From the NCBI GenBank assembly GCA_946411635.1, contig CAMKES010000002.1:134585-198584 (forward strand): a stretch of 64,000 bases of DNA. Reading direction: 5' to 3'. A program made the translations under genes and the position numbers. Under the pieces are notes generated by a model. That model searched no databases. It had not been told where the DNA came from and worked only from the letters and a program-made list of their open reading frames with translations. Source of the DNA: an uncultured Clostridia bacterium (lineage in GTDB: Bacteria; Bacillota; Clostridia; Christensenellales; CAG-138). This document shows positions 39,335-47,087 of the stretch, piece by piece (positions within the stretch are counted from its first letter, which is position 1; each line of letters opens with the position of its first letter).

Positions 39335-41251
39335 TCACGAAAGCCGGATGCCGAAGATCGTCTGATCGCCGCGGCAGCCGACGACGATGATGTTGCCGAA
39401 CACGGCGGGCGACGCCTCAAAGTTGCTGTCGGTGAGCGAACCGATCGTGCGGAGAACGCTGCCGGTCGCGCCGTCGTACAGCGTGATGCGGCCCTTGGAA
39501 TCCGCCTGGATCACGTAGCCCTTGCCGTTCGTGTCGTAGACGACGGCGGGACTGGACCACGAATACGCGTCCATCGTCTGCTCCCAGCGGACCTCGAACG
39601 TGTTCTTGTCCAGCGCGACGAGGATGCCGGCATCCTTGTTCCTGTAGCGGGCAATCGTCACGAACACGAGGTCCGAGATGTTGCTGCCCTGTCTGCCGAT
39701 GCCCGCGGTCGCCTGAATGCCGCCCGATACGCCGGAGACCGTCTTGACCGTCAGCCCGTAGGGGACGTTTTCGATCTTGCCCGTCATGGCGTTGATCTTG
39801 AAGAACGGCGCGCGGCCTTCGCCGTTGACCGCCGTGAAGTGCAGGGACGTTCCGACGTACAGATACGCCTCGTCGTCGGAGATCACGTCGAGCACGGGGC
39901 TCGCGTTCGTATCGTCCTGCGTGTCGGCGATCCAGACGCAGCGCATCGTGTTGAGGTCGATGCACTGGAACATGCCGTCGTTGCTCGAGAGATACAGGAA
40001 ACCGTTCCACGCGGCGGCGCTGCCCTCGTAGCCCTGCCACTTGTGCGCAGAGTCCGCCTTGTCGATCTTGTCGTAAATGTTGCTGCAGTCGTAGCGGAAC
40101 TTGACGATATTCGTCGGGTTGACCGAGATCGAGCGTGTCGAAGGATCGTAGATCGTGTTGAGCTTCATCGTGTAGATGATGCCGTTCTCGCCCGGATAGA
40201 TCAGCGTGTCGGTCTTCGCGTCGATCAGCGGCGCGGAGTCGTACGCGTACCACTCTCTTCTTGCAAAGTTGTCGGTCCCCTGCTTGCCGAATTCATACAA
40301 CACGCGGCCGTCGATCAGCGAGATGATGAACGCGCGCGATTTCTGGCTGTCGTTCTCGTACTGGTCGCCGGAGCCGAGATACAGCAGCGGATAGCCGCGC
40401 GGATCGATGCTGCCGGTCCCCTTGAACGGGACGTTCATGCGGATCGGGTCGCGCGTCTGCTCGCCCGTTTCGAGATCGATGAAGTAGATGTTGCCGTCCT
40501 CGGTCGGATAGATGACCTCAACGAGGCCGTCCTTGTTCTGCGCCCACTCCTTCATGTTCATGATCCGTCGCGTTTCCGCGGGCCACTGCACGATCAGGGG
40601 CTGTCCCGTCCAGCCGCAGCCGGACCAGCTTCCGCTGCCGCCGCCCTTCGTGAGCGAACCGATCTTGACCTCCCAGATCTTGGTGAACTGATACTCGGTC
40701 AGGCTGACGGTTCCGACGCTCGACGTGTTTCTCCAGTTGTTGCCGCGGAAGGTCAGGATGCCCTTGACATTTTCCGCATTGTATTCGTCCGCGCGCGGGA
40801 ACACGATCTCCTCGTCGCGGCGGTAGTTCAGCGCGTCGCTGTCGTCCCTCCGCTCGCCGTTGATCTCCAGATGCGGCACGAACATGTACTGCTTCGGATC
40901 GGATTCGGCGATCATGTACGGAGTCGGAACGGGCGTCGGAACAGGGGTCGGTTCCGGCGTGGGGACCTCGGTCGGCTGCGGCGGGATCGTCGCGCCGTTC
41001 TTGTAGTCCTCCCAGGACGGCACCACGTAATCGACGCCGTCGTATTTGTCCGGATTCTGCGCCTTCGCGGATGCGAAGGATTCCTCCGCCTGCCGTCTTG
41101 CGGCATCGTAGTCGCACTTCTTCATGCTTTCTCTGATCAGCACTGCAAGCAGGACGATCAGCGTCAGGATCAGAACGATGAAGATCGAGACGATCACGTA
41201 AAAGCGCGGCTGCACCTTCCTTCTTCTTTTTTTCTTATGTTGCGTTGTCAT
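39335..41251 (-). CDS. Membrane-anchored PQQ-like/BamB-like beta-propeller repeat protein (paralog 2)
   Basis: 638 aa with a basic N-terminus, a TM anchor (FYVIVSIFIVLILTLIVLLAVLI), a Pro/Thr linker (PTEVPTPEPTPVPTPVPTP) and a propeller region homologous to paralog 1. A GGAGGAATC RBS precedes the ATG at 41251. Confidence 0.85.
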   Translation of the reverse strand: MTTQHKKKRRRKVQPRFYVIVSIFIVLILTLIVLLAVLIRESMKKCDYDAARRQAEESFASAKAQNPDKYDGVDYVVPSWEDYKNGATIPPQPTEVPTPEPTPVPTPVPTPYMIAESDPKQYMFVPHLEINGERRDDSDALNYRRDEEIVFPRADEYNAENVKGILTFRGNNWRNTSSVGTVSLTEYQFTKIWEVKIGSLTKGGGSGSWSGCGWTGQPLIVQWPAETRRIMNMKEWAQNKDGLVEVIYPTEDGNIYFIDLETGEQTRDPIRMNVPFKGTGSIDPRGYPLLYLGSGDQYENDSQKSRAFIISLIDGRVLYEFGKQGTDNFARREWYAYDSAPLIDAKTDTLIYPGENGIIYTMKLNTIYDPSTRSISVNPTNIVKFRYDCSNIYDKIDKADSAHKWQGYEGSAAAWNGFLYLSSNDGMFQCIDLNTMRCVWIADTQDDTNASPVLDVISDDEAYLYVGTSLHFTAVNGEGRAPFFKINAMTGKIENVPYGLTVKTVSGVSGGIQATAGIGRQGSNISDLVFVTIARYRNKDAGILVALDKNTFEVRWEQTMDAYSWSSPAVVYDTNGKGYVIQADSKGRITLYDGATGSVLRTIGSLTDSNFEASPAVFGNIIVVGCRGDQTIFGIRLS

Positions 41252-41649
41252 GATTCCTCCGGATATACTCCCCCGCGTGCAGATTGCCGCGGTCCCGCAA
41301 GCGCGTTCGGAAGCGTGGGTCTCTTTCCGTTCGAAATTTTCCGATCGCGCGGATCAAGTCGTTTTTGTGCGTCGGGGCGCGCATCTTTTGGCAGAAAAAT
41401 TTTACCGCATTTTTTCGCGGCGTTTCGCCCGAAAGACGGAGCCGCCGGTTTTCGGCGCCCTATTTAGGGTCTTCGATGCCGTTTTTTCGCAATATCTTGC
41501 GTCGATCCTGCCGTTATTTCTTTCCGATCGACCATGATATTCTTATCCATCGTATTGATCATAACATTCTCTTTTGAACAAACTGCGATATCTTTGTGAA
41601 CAGTTTTCCCCGAAACTGTTTCGATTTTGTGTCGCCTTTGCGAAACGAA

Positions 41650-41681
41650 CGAAAAAAGGCGTTCCGTGCGGGAACGCCTTT
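41650..41681 (-). terminator. glmM operon terminator
   Basis: The minus strand reads AAAGGCGTTCC-CGCAC-GGAACGCCTTT followed by TTTCGTT (six U in a row counting the stem end). Its 5' arm lies inside copy 1 of the 36-bp repeat. Confidence 0.75.
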
Positions 41682-41767
41682 GAAATACCGATTATCCGGC
41701 CCGAAGTGTTGTTTGAAGGTGGATTTGGACAGTGCGGGAACGCCTTTGAAATACCGATTATCCGGCC
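41666..41767. repeat. Two identical 36-bp direct repeats separated by 30 bp
   Basis: GTGCGGGAACGCCTTTGAAATACCGATTATCCGGCC occurs at 41666-41701 and 41732-41767, verified base by base. The flanks on both sides are unrelated. Confidence 0.95.
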
Positions 41768-41785
41768 GGATGCCGCCCGGCGTTT

Positions 41786-43132
41786 TTACGCCAGATGCCC
41801 CTTCGCCTTGATGACGTCGATCACGGAATCGACGTATTTTTCGCAGATCTCGTCCGTATCCGCCTCGACCATGACGCGGATGACCGGCTCCGTGCCGCTC
41901 TCGCGCACGAGGATGCGGCCGGTGTCGCCGAGCTCGTCGGCGACCCGTTTTACCGCCGCCTGCACGTCCGGATCGTTCTGCGCGTCGGGCTTGGACTTGA
42001 CGCGGACGTTCTTCAGCACCTGCGGATAGAATACGACCGGCGCCGCGAGCTCGCTCATCGGCTTGCCCTTTGCGAGCATGACCTCCATCAGCTTCAGCGA
42101 GGTCAGAATGCCGTCGCCCGTCGTTTCATACTTCAGGAAGATGGTGTGACCGCTCTGCTCGCCGCCGATGCGGTTGCCGGTCTTTACCATGTTTTCGTAG
42201 ACGTACTTGTCGCCGACCTTGGTCTTTTCGTATTCGATGCCGACCTTGTCGAGCGCCTTGTAGAGACCGAAGTTCGACATGACGGTCGTGACGACCTTGT
42301 TGTTCAGGAGCTTGCCGCGCTCCTTCATATACAGGCCGTAGATATAGAGCGTATGATCGCCGGTGACGACGTTGCCCTTTTCGTCCACGCAGAGGCAGCG
42401 GTCTGCGTCGCCGTCGTAGGCGAAGCCCACGTCGAGACCGTTCTCGACGACGAATTTCTGCAGATGCCCGATGTGCGTCGAGCCGCAGTCGGTATTGATG
42501 TTGTAGCCGTCCGGCTGGTCGTTCATGACGTAGACCTTCGCGCCGAGCGCTTCAAATACGCCGCGCGCGATCATCCAGGCCGCGCCGTTCGCGACGTCCA
42601 GTCCGACCTTGACGCCCTTGAAGCTGTACTTGCTCATCGAGATCAAAAAGCCGATGTAGCGGTTTCTGCCCGCAACGTAGTCGACGGTGCGGCCGATCTC
42701 GTGACCCTCGGCGACGGGGACCTCGCACTTGCCGTCGAGATAATCCTCCACCTTCAGGATCGTTTCTTCGTCCATTTTCTCGCCGTGTCCGTTCAGAAGC
42801 TTGATGCCGTTGTCATAGTACGGATTGTGCGAGGCGGAGATCATGATGCCGCAGTCGAAGTCGTCGACGCGCGTGATATACGCGACCGACGGCGTGGTCG
42901 TGACGTGCATGATGTACGCGTCCGCACCGGACGCCATCAGCCCCGTGCAGAGCGCGTACTCGAACATATAGCTCGACCGGCGGGTATCCTTGCCGATCAC
43001 GACCTTGGCCTTCTTGTTCTGCCGCGCGCCGTAATACCAGCCGAGATACCGGCCGATCTGCACGGCGTGCTCAAAGGTCAGGTTCTTGTTCGCCTCGCCG
43101 CGAAAACCGTCCGTTCCGAAATATTTGCCCAT
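41786..43132 (-). CDS. glmM: Phosphoglucosamine mutase
   Basis: 448 aa (MGKYFGTDGFRGEANK...) with the active-site segment ISASHNPYYDNGIKL. The ATG at 43132 has a GGAGGA RBS 6 nt upstream. Confidence 0.95.
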   Translation of the reverse strand: MGKYFGTDGFRGEANKNLTFEHAVQIGRYLGWYYGARQNKKAKVVIGKDTRRSSYMFEYALCTGLMASGADAYIMHVTTTPSVAYITRVDDFDCGIMISASHNPYYDNGIKLLNGHGEKMDEETILKVEDYLDGKCEVPVAEGHEIGRTVDYVAGRNRYIGFLISMSKYSFKGVKVGLDVANGAAWMIARGVFEALGAKVYVMNDQPDGYNINTDCGSTHIGHLQKFVVENGLDVGFAYDGDADRCLCVDEKGNVVTGDHTLYIYGLYMKERGKLLNNKVVTTVMSNFGLYKALDKVGIEYEKTKVGDKYVYENMVKTGNRIGGEQSGHTIFLKYETTGDGILTSLKLMEVMLAKGKPMSELAAPVVFYPQVLKNVRVKSKPDAQNDPDVQAAVKRVADELGDTGRILVRESGTEPVIRVMVEADTDEICEKYVDSVIDVIKAKGHLA

Positions 43133-43794
43133 CACCGTTCCTCCTTTGATGCGACCGTTCCGTTGTCCTTCCAGATGCTGTACGGCGGTACGACCCCGCG
43201 CACGCAGGACGTCGGATAGACGTTGCTGTGCGGCCCGATGACCGTGCCGGGATTGCAGACCGCGTTGCAGCCGACCTCGACGTAATCGCCGAGCATCGCG
43301 CCGAACTTCTTGATGCCGGTCTCGATCTCTTCATCGGCGCCGTGCACCACGACGAGTTTTTTGTCGCTCTTGACGTTCGAGGTGATGCTGCCCGCGCCCA
43401 TGTGGCTGTAATAGCCGAGGATCGAGTCGCCGACATAGTTGTAATGCGGGGTCTGCACGTGATCGAACAGGATCACGTTCTTGAGTTCCACGGAGTTGCC
43501 GACGACGCAGTTCGCGCCGACGAGCGCGCTGCCGCGGATGAACGCACAGTGGCGCACCTCCGTTTCGGGTCCGATGATGCAGGGCGCGCCGAGATACGCC
43601 GACGGGAAGACCTTCGCCGTCTTATGCACCCAGACGTGCTCCGAAACCTCCTCATAGTCCGCGCCGAGTGTCGGCCCGAGCGTGAGGATGAAGTCCTTCA
43701 GGCCCTTCAGCGCCTCCCACGGATAAGTGAACTGCAGGAGATAGTCCTTTGCAAGCGTATGATCGAGATCATACAGGTCTTTGATCGTCATCAT
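43132..43794 (-). CDS. Left-handed beta-helix (hexapeptide-repeat) transferase, GlmU C-terminal-domain-like
   Basis: 220 aa with hexapeptide-repeat segments (GAPCIIGPETEVRHCAFIRGSALVGANCVVGNSVELKNVILFD..., YVGDSILG). The ATG at 43794 has a GAGAGG RBS. It lies between nagB and glmM. The exact acceptor substrate is not determinable from sequence. Confidence 0.7.
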   Translation of the reverse strand: MMTIKDLYDLDHTLAKDYLLQFTYPWEALKGLKDFILTLGPTLGADYEEVSEHVWVHKTAKVFPSAYLGAPCIIGPETEVRHCAFIRGSALVGANCVVGNSVELKNVILFDHVQTPHYNYVGDSILGYYSHMGAGSITSNVKSDKKLVVVHGADEEIETGIKKFGAMLGDYVEVGCNAVCNPGTVIGPHSNVYPTSCVRGVVPPYSIWKDNGTVASKEER

Positions 43795-43796
43795 GC

Positions 43797-44588
43797 TCAA
43801 AGCCTCTCGTTTCTCTCGATGTCGAGGAAATACTTGTACGTATCGACGGTCAGCTCGCCGCACGCCGCCTCGTCGCACGCGATGATCGCGGCGTTGTGCA
43901 GCTGCAGTGCGGAGCAGGTCCACTTATGGCTGACGCCGCCTTCGACGGTCGCCGCAAGCGCGCGCGCCTTGTTGTGTCCGTTGATCAGGATCAGCACTTC
44001 TTTGCTGTCCGTAACGGTGCCGACGCCGACGGAAAGCGCCTGTGCGGGGACCTTTTCCGGATCGTTTCCGAAGAAGCGCGAATTCACGATGCGCGTGTCC
44101 GTGGTGAGGTTCCGCACGCCGGTGCGGGAGTTCAGCGAAGTGTACGGCTCGTTGAACGCGATGTGTCCGTCCACGCCGATGCCGCCCATGAACAGGTCGA
44201 TGCCGCCGTATGAGCGGATCTTCTCCTCATAGCGGGCGCATTCGCCCTCGGGATCATCCGTCATGCCGTTCAGAATGTTGATGTTCTCCGGCTTCATATC
44301 GACCAGATGATCGAAGAAATTCTCGTGCATGAAGTACCAGTAGCTCTGATCGTGCTCGTGCGGCAGGCCGAGGTATTCGTCCATGTTGAAGGTGACGACG
44401 TTTGCAAACGACACCTCGCCCGCGCGGTTCATGCGCGCAAGCTCCCGGTAAACGCCGATGGGGCTCGAGCCCGTCGGAAGACCCAGCACGAAGGGACGGC
44501 TCCCCTGATGCGCGTTGATCTTCGCGGCGATGTAGCGCGCCGCCCAAAGGCTCATTTTTTCGTAATTGTCCTGGATGACAACTCTCAT
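43797..44588 (-). CDS. nagB: Glucosamine-6-phosphate deaminase/isomerase (NagB type)
   Basis: 263 aa ([24 protein letters not shown]...[18 protein letters not shown]...FNMDEYLGL). An AAGGAGAAACGAT RBS precedes the ATG at 44588. Confidence 0.93.
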   Translation of the reverse strand: MRVVIQDNYEKMSLWAARYIAAKINAHQGSRPFVLGLPTGSSPIGVYRELARMNRAGEVSFANVVTFNMDEYLGLPHEHDQSYWYFMHENFFDHLVDMKPENINILNGMTDDPEGECARYEEKIRSYGGIDLFMGGIGVDGHIAFNEPYTSLNSRTGVRNLTTDTRIVNSRFFGNDPEKVPAQALSVGVGTVTDSKEVLILINGHNKARALAATVEGGVSHKWTCSALQLHNAAIIACDEAACGELTVDTYKYFLDIERNERL

Positions 44589-44635
44589 ATCGTTTCTCCT
44601 TATTGCTTGGTTCGTTCGGTCCGCAGTTCATTCTA

Positions 44636-44797
44636 TGCGAAATCCGTCCGATCTTGCCGACGTTCGGGATCGCTCTGTTGCGGTGTTGATTCCGTTTTTT
44701 GTCGTTCCCTTTTCGACCCGTCGCAGGCCGCGGCAGCATCCGCCGAATCGTTCGATAAACTGCCGGTCCTCGTCGCCCCGAAGGGCCTGGCGCTGAC
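44636..44797 (-). ncRNA. glmS (glucosamine-6-phosphate-activated) ribozyme-like leader
   Basis: The minus strand reads GUC-A|GCGCCAG-GCCC-UUCG-GGGC-GACGAGGA-CCGGCAG-UUUAUCGAA-CGA-UUCGGCGGAUG-CUGCCG-...AAAAGGGAACGACAAA.... The conserved core strands and the P1 and P2 helices appear in the canonical order. The predicted cleavage site is between 44794 and 44793. The 3' boundary is approximate. Confidence 0.8.
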
Positions 44798-44858
44798 GGT
44801 CCTCCAACCCTCCTCCATGAAGAAGCCGTTTTACTGCGTTATGCTCCATAACAGAAGT

Positions 44859-44887
44859 ATTATATACGAAATATAGTATCATGTCAA
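44859..44887 (-). promoter_or_regulatory. Consensus promoter of the ribozyme-nagB operon
   Basis: The minus strand shows TTGACA (44882-44887), 17 nt, then TATAAT (44859-44864), about 60 nt upstream of the predicted ribozyme cleavage site. Confidence 0.7.
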
Positions 44888-44918
44888 TCATTACCCGCTA
44901 CCCCTTGTGGTCGCGCGC

Positions 44919-44957
44919 AAAAAAGGAGAGCGCCGATAATCGGCACTCTCCTTTTTA
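44919..44957. terminator. Bidirectional-looking terminator hairpin
   Basis: AAAAAA-GGAGAGCGCCG-ataat-CGGCACTCTCC-TTTTT (one mismatch). It isolates the nagB promoter from the small upstream ORF. Confidence 0.7.
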
Positions 44958-45089
44958 CAGGTCATCCGCATCCTGTACGGGGCGCGAGCCGTTTCCCGGT
45001 ACGCCGGTATAGCTCCCGTTCACGTCCGACGGGATCTCCGCCGGTTCACGCGGCGCGTACAAAGGCTCCCGCGTCTTTCCGCGCCGCAC

Positions 45090-45248
45090 TCAGAACTCCT
45101 CTTCGCCGAACAGATCGTCGTCCGAACGGTTACGCTGGCTGTCTCCGTCGCGATTCGAGTCCGTATAGCGTCTGCGGGCGTCGGCGTCCTTCCTGCGCTC
45201 GCGGTCGCGGTCCTTTTCGCCGCGTTTCGTTTCGTTGAAAAACGTCAT
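45090..45248 (-). CDS. Small, highly charged hypothetical protein (52 aa)
   Basis: Translation by hand gives MTFFNETKRGEKDRDRERRKDADARRRYTDSNRDGDSQRNRSDDDLFGEEEF. The ATG at 45248 has a GGAGGA RBS 7 nt upstream. The ORF is below the ORF-track size cutoff. Confidence 0.5.
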   Translation of the reverse strand: MTFFNETKRGEKDRDRERRKDADARRRYTDSNRDGDSQRNRSDDDLFGEEEF

Positions 45249-45351
45249 TTCTCGTTCCTCCGTTTTCGAATTACCGGTTGACCGGCGTCGTTATCGTGCC
45301 CGGAACGCGTTCGATTATGCAAAGAAAGACGAAAAAAACGAAAATCGCGTC

Positions 45352-45380
45352 TTGTGTACCGCGCGCGTACGCGTTATAAT
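45352..45380 (+). promoter_or_regulatory. Putative glnS promoter
   Basis: TTGTGT (45352-45357), 17 nt, then TATAAT (45375-45380), about 55 nt upstream of the glnS ATG. Confidence 0.5.
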
Positions 45381-45436
45381 AAGATATTATTTCGGAATGC
45401 CCGATCGGAGCGCGTCTCCGGGGAAAGGATAAAAAC

Positions 45437-47077
45437 ATGGAAGAACGCAGCAAAAACTTCATTGAGGAATTCGTCGAAGAGGATCTGAAGACGCTGGGGC
45501 GTCCGGTCAAGACGCGGTTCCCGCCCGAGCCGAACGGCTATCTGCACATCGGCCACGCAAAGGCGCTGACCGTGGACTTCGGCATCGCCGAGGAGTACGG
45601 CGGAACGTGCAACCTGCGCTTTGACGACACGAATCCCACCAAGGAGGACGTCGAATACGTTGAGGCGATCAAGGAAGACATCCGCTGGCTCGGCTTCGAA
45701 TGGGATCAGCTGCGCTTCGGCTCGTCGTATTTCGATCAGTGCTACGAGCTTGCCGTGAAGCTCATCAAGGACGGCAAGGCGTACGTCGACGATCTTTCGA
45801 AGGACGAGATGCGCGAATACCGCGGCACGCTGACCGAGCCCGGCACGAACAGCCCGTGGCGCGACCGCTCCGTCGAGGAGAACCTGGACCTGTTCGAGCG
45901 CATGAAGAACGGCGAGTTCCCCGACGGCTCCAAGACGCTTCGCGCGAAGATCGACATGGCGAGCCCGAACATCAATATGCGCGATCCCGCGATGTACCGC
46001 ATCCTGCACATCGCGCACCATCAGACCGGCGACAAGTGGTGCATCTATCCGATGTACGACTTCGCGCACCCGATCCAGGACGCGATCGAGGGCGTGACGC
46101 ACTCGCTGTGCTCGCTCGAATACGAAGCGCACCGTCCGCTCTACGACTGGGTCGTGAACGCGTGCGGCTTTGAGCAGAAGCCGAGACAGATCGAGTTTGC
46201 GCGGCTGAACCTCACGAACACGATCATGTCGAAGCGCTATCTCCGGCGGCTCGTCGAGGAGCATTTCGTCAGCGGCTGGGACGATCCGAGAATGCCGACG
46301 CTCTGCGCGATGCGCCGCCGCGGCTACCCCGCCGCCGCCGTGCGCGATTTCCTTGCGCGCATCGGCGTTGCGAAGGCGGATTCCGTCGTGGACACCGCGA
46401 TCCTCGAGCACTGCGTGCGCGAGAATCTGAACGCGAACGCGCTCCGGCGCATGGCAATCACCGAGCCTTTGAAGCTCGTCATCGACAACTGGGAGCCCGG
46501 CCGCTTCGAGACCGTCGAGGTTGAGAACAATCCGAACGATCCGGACGCCGGCACGCATCCGTTGCGCTTCGGCAGAGAGCTCTGGATCGAGCAGAGCGAT
46601 TTCATGGCGGAGCCCGTCAAGAAGTTCTTCCGTCTGAAGCCGGACGGCGAGGTACGCCTGAAGGGCGCGTACATCGTCAAGTGCGTATCGTGGAAGACGG
46701 AGCCGGACGGAACGGTTTCCGAGGTGCACGTGACGTACGATCCCGAGACGAAGAGCGGCGAATGCGAGCGCAAGGTCAAGGGCACGCTGCACTGGGTGGC
46801 GGCGGCCGACGCGATTCCCGCGGAGTTCCGGCACTACGGTCCGCTGATGCGCGAAGCGGCGGAAAACGAAGAGGTCGCGGACTTCACCGCGCTTCTGGAT
46901 CCGCACTCGCTCGAGGTCAAGCAGGGCTTCATCGAGCCGGCGCTTGAAGACGCCAAGGTCGGCGATGCGTTCCAGTTCGTACGCATGGGCTACTACGCGA
47001 AGGATCCCGACTCGACGCCGGCGCATCCGGTGTTCAACCGCGTCGTGGGCCTCAAGGATTCGTTCAAGATTCAGTAA
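45437..47077 (+). CDS. glnS: Glutamine--tRNA ligase
   Basis: 546 aa with the class I motifs (FPPEPNGYLHIGHAKA = HIGH; IMSKRY-type KMSKS region) and a GlnRS-type anticodon-binding C-terminus. Confidence 0.93.
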   Translation: MEERSKNFIEEFVEEDLKTLGRPVKTRFPPEPNGYLHIGHAKALTVDFGIAEEYGGTCNLRFDDTNPTKEDVEYVEAIKEDIRWLGFEWDQLRFGSSYFDQCYELAVKLIKDGKAYVDDLSKDEMREYRGTLTEPGTNSPWRDRSVEENLDLFERMKNGEFPDGSKTLRAKIDMASPNINMRDPAMYRILHIAHHQTGDKWCIYPMYDFAHPIQDAIEGVTHSLCSLEYEAHRPLYDWVVNACGFEQKPRQIEFARLNLTNTIMSKRYLRRLVEEHFVSGWDDPRMPTLCAMRRRGYPAAAVRDFLARIGVAKADSVVDTAILEHCVRENLNANALRRMAITEPLKLVIDNWEPGRFETVEVENNPNDPDAGTHPLRFGRELWIEQSDFMAEPVKKFFRLKPDGEVRLKGAYIVKCVSWKTEPDGTVSEVHVTYDPETKSGECERKVKGTLHWVAAADAIPAEFRHYGPLMREAAENEEVADFTALLDPHSLEVKQGFIEPALEDAKVGDAFQFVRMGYYAKDPDSTPAHPVFNRVVGLKDSFKIQ

Positions 47078-47087
47078 GGAGAAACAC

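Noticed and set aside
41666-41767. Calling the 36-bp/30-bp repeat-spacer unit a CRISPR array.
   Set aside because: There are only two repeat copies and one spacer, no cas genes in 64 kb and no leader-like AT-rich region. One copy doubles as a terminator arm. It is reported as a plain repeat and kept as a low-probability hypothesis in the findings.
41574-42029. 151-aa plus-strand ORF with an internal duplicated peptide (GNAFEIPIIRP twice).
   Set aside because: The peptide duplication is only the translation of the 36-bp DNA repeat. The ORF runs antisense into glmM and has no RBS.
44628-44891. 87-aa ORF (minus strand) upstream of nagB, and the other small ORFs in 44254..44891.
   Set aside because: It spans the promoter and the whole ribozyme-like element and has no RBS. 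Its open frame is explained by the structured GC-rich RNA.
45249-45436. Possible T-box or other riboswitch leader upstream of glnS.
   Set aside because: The predicted promoter leaves only about 50 nt of leader. That is too short for a T-box, and no specifier or antiterminator features are visible.
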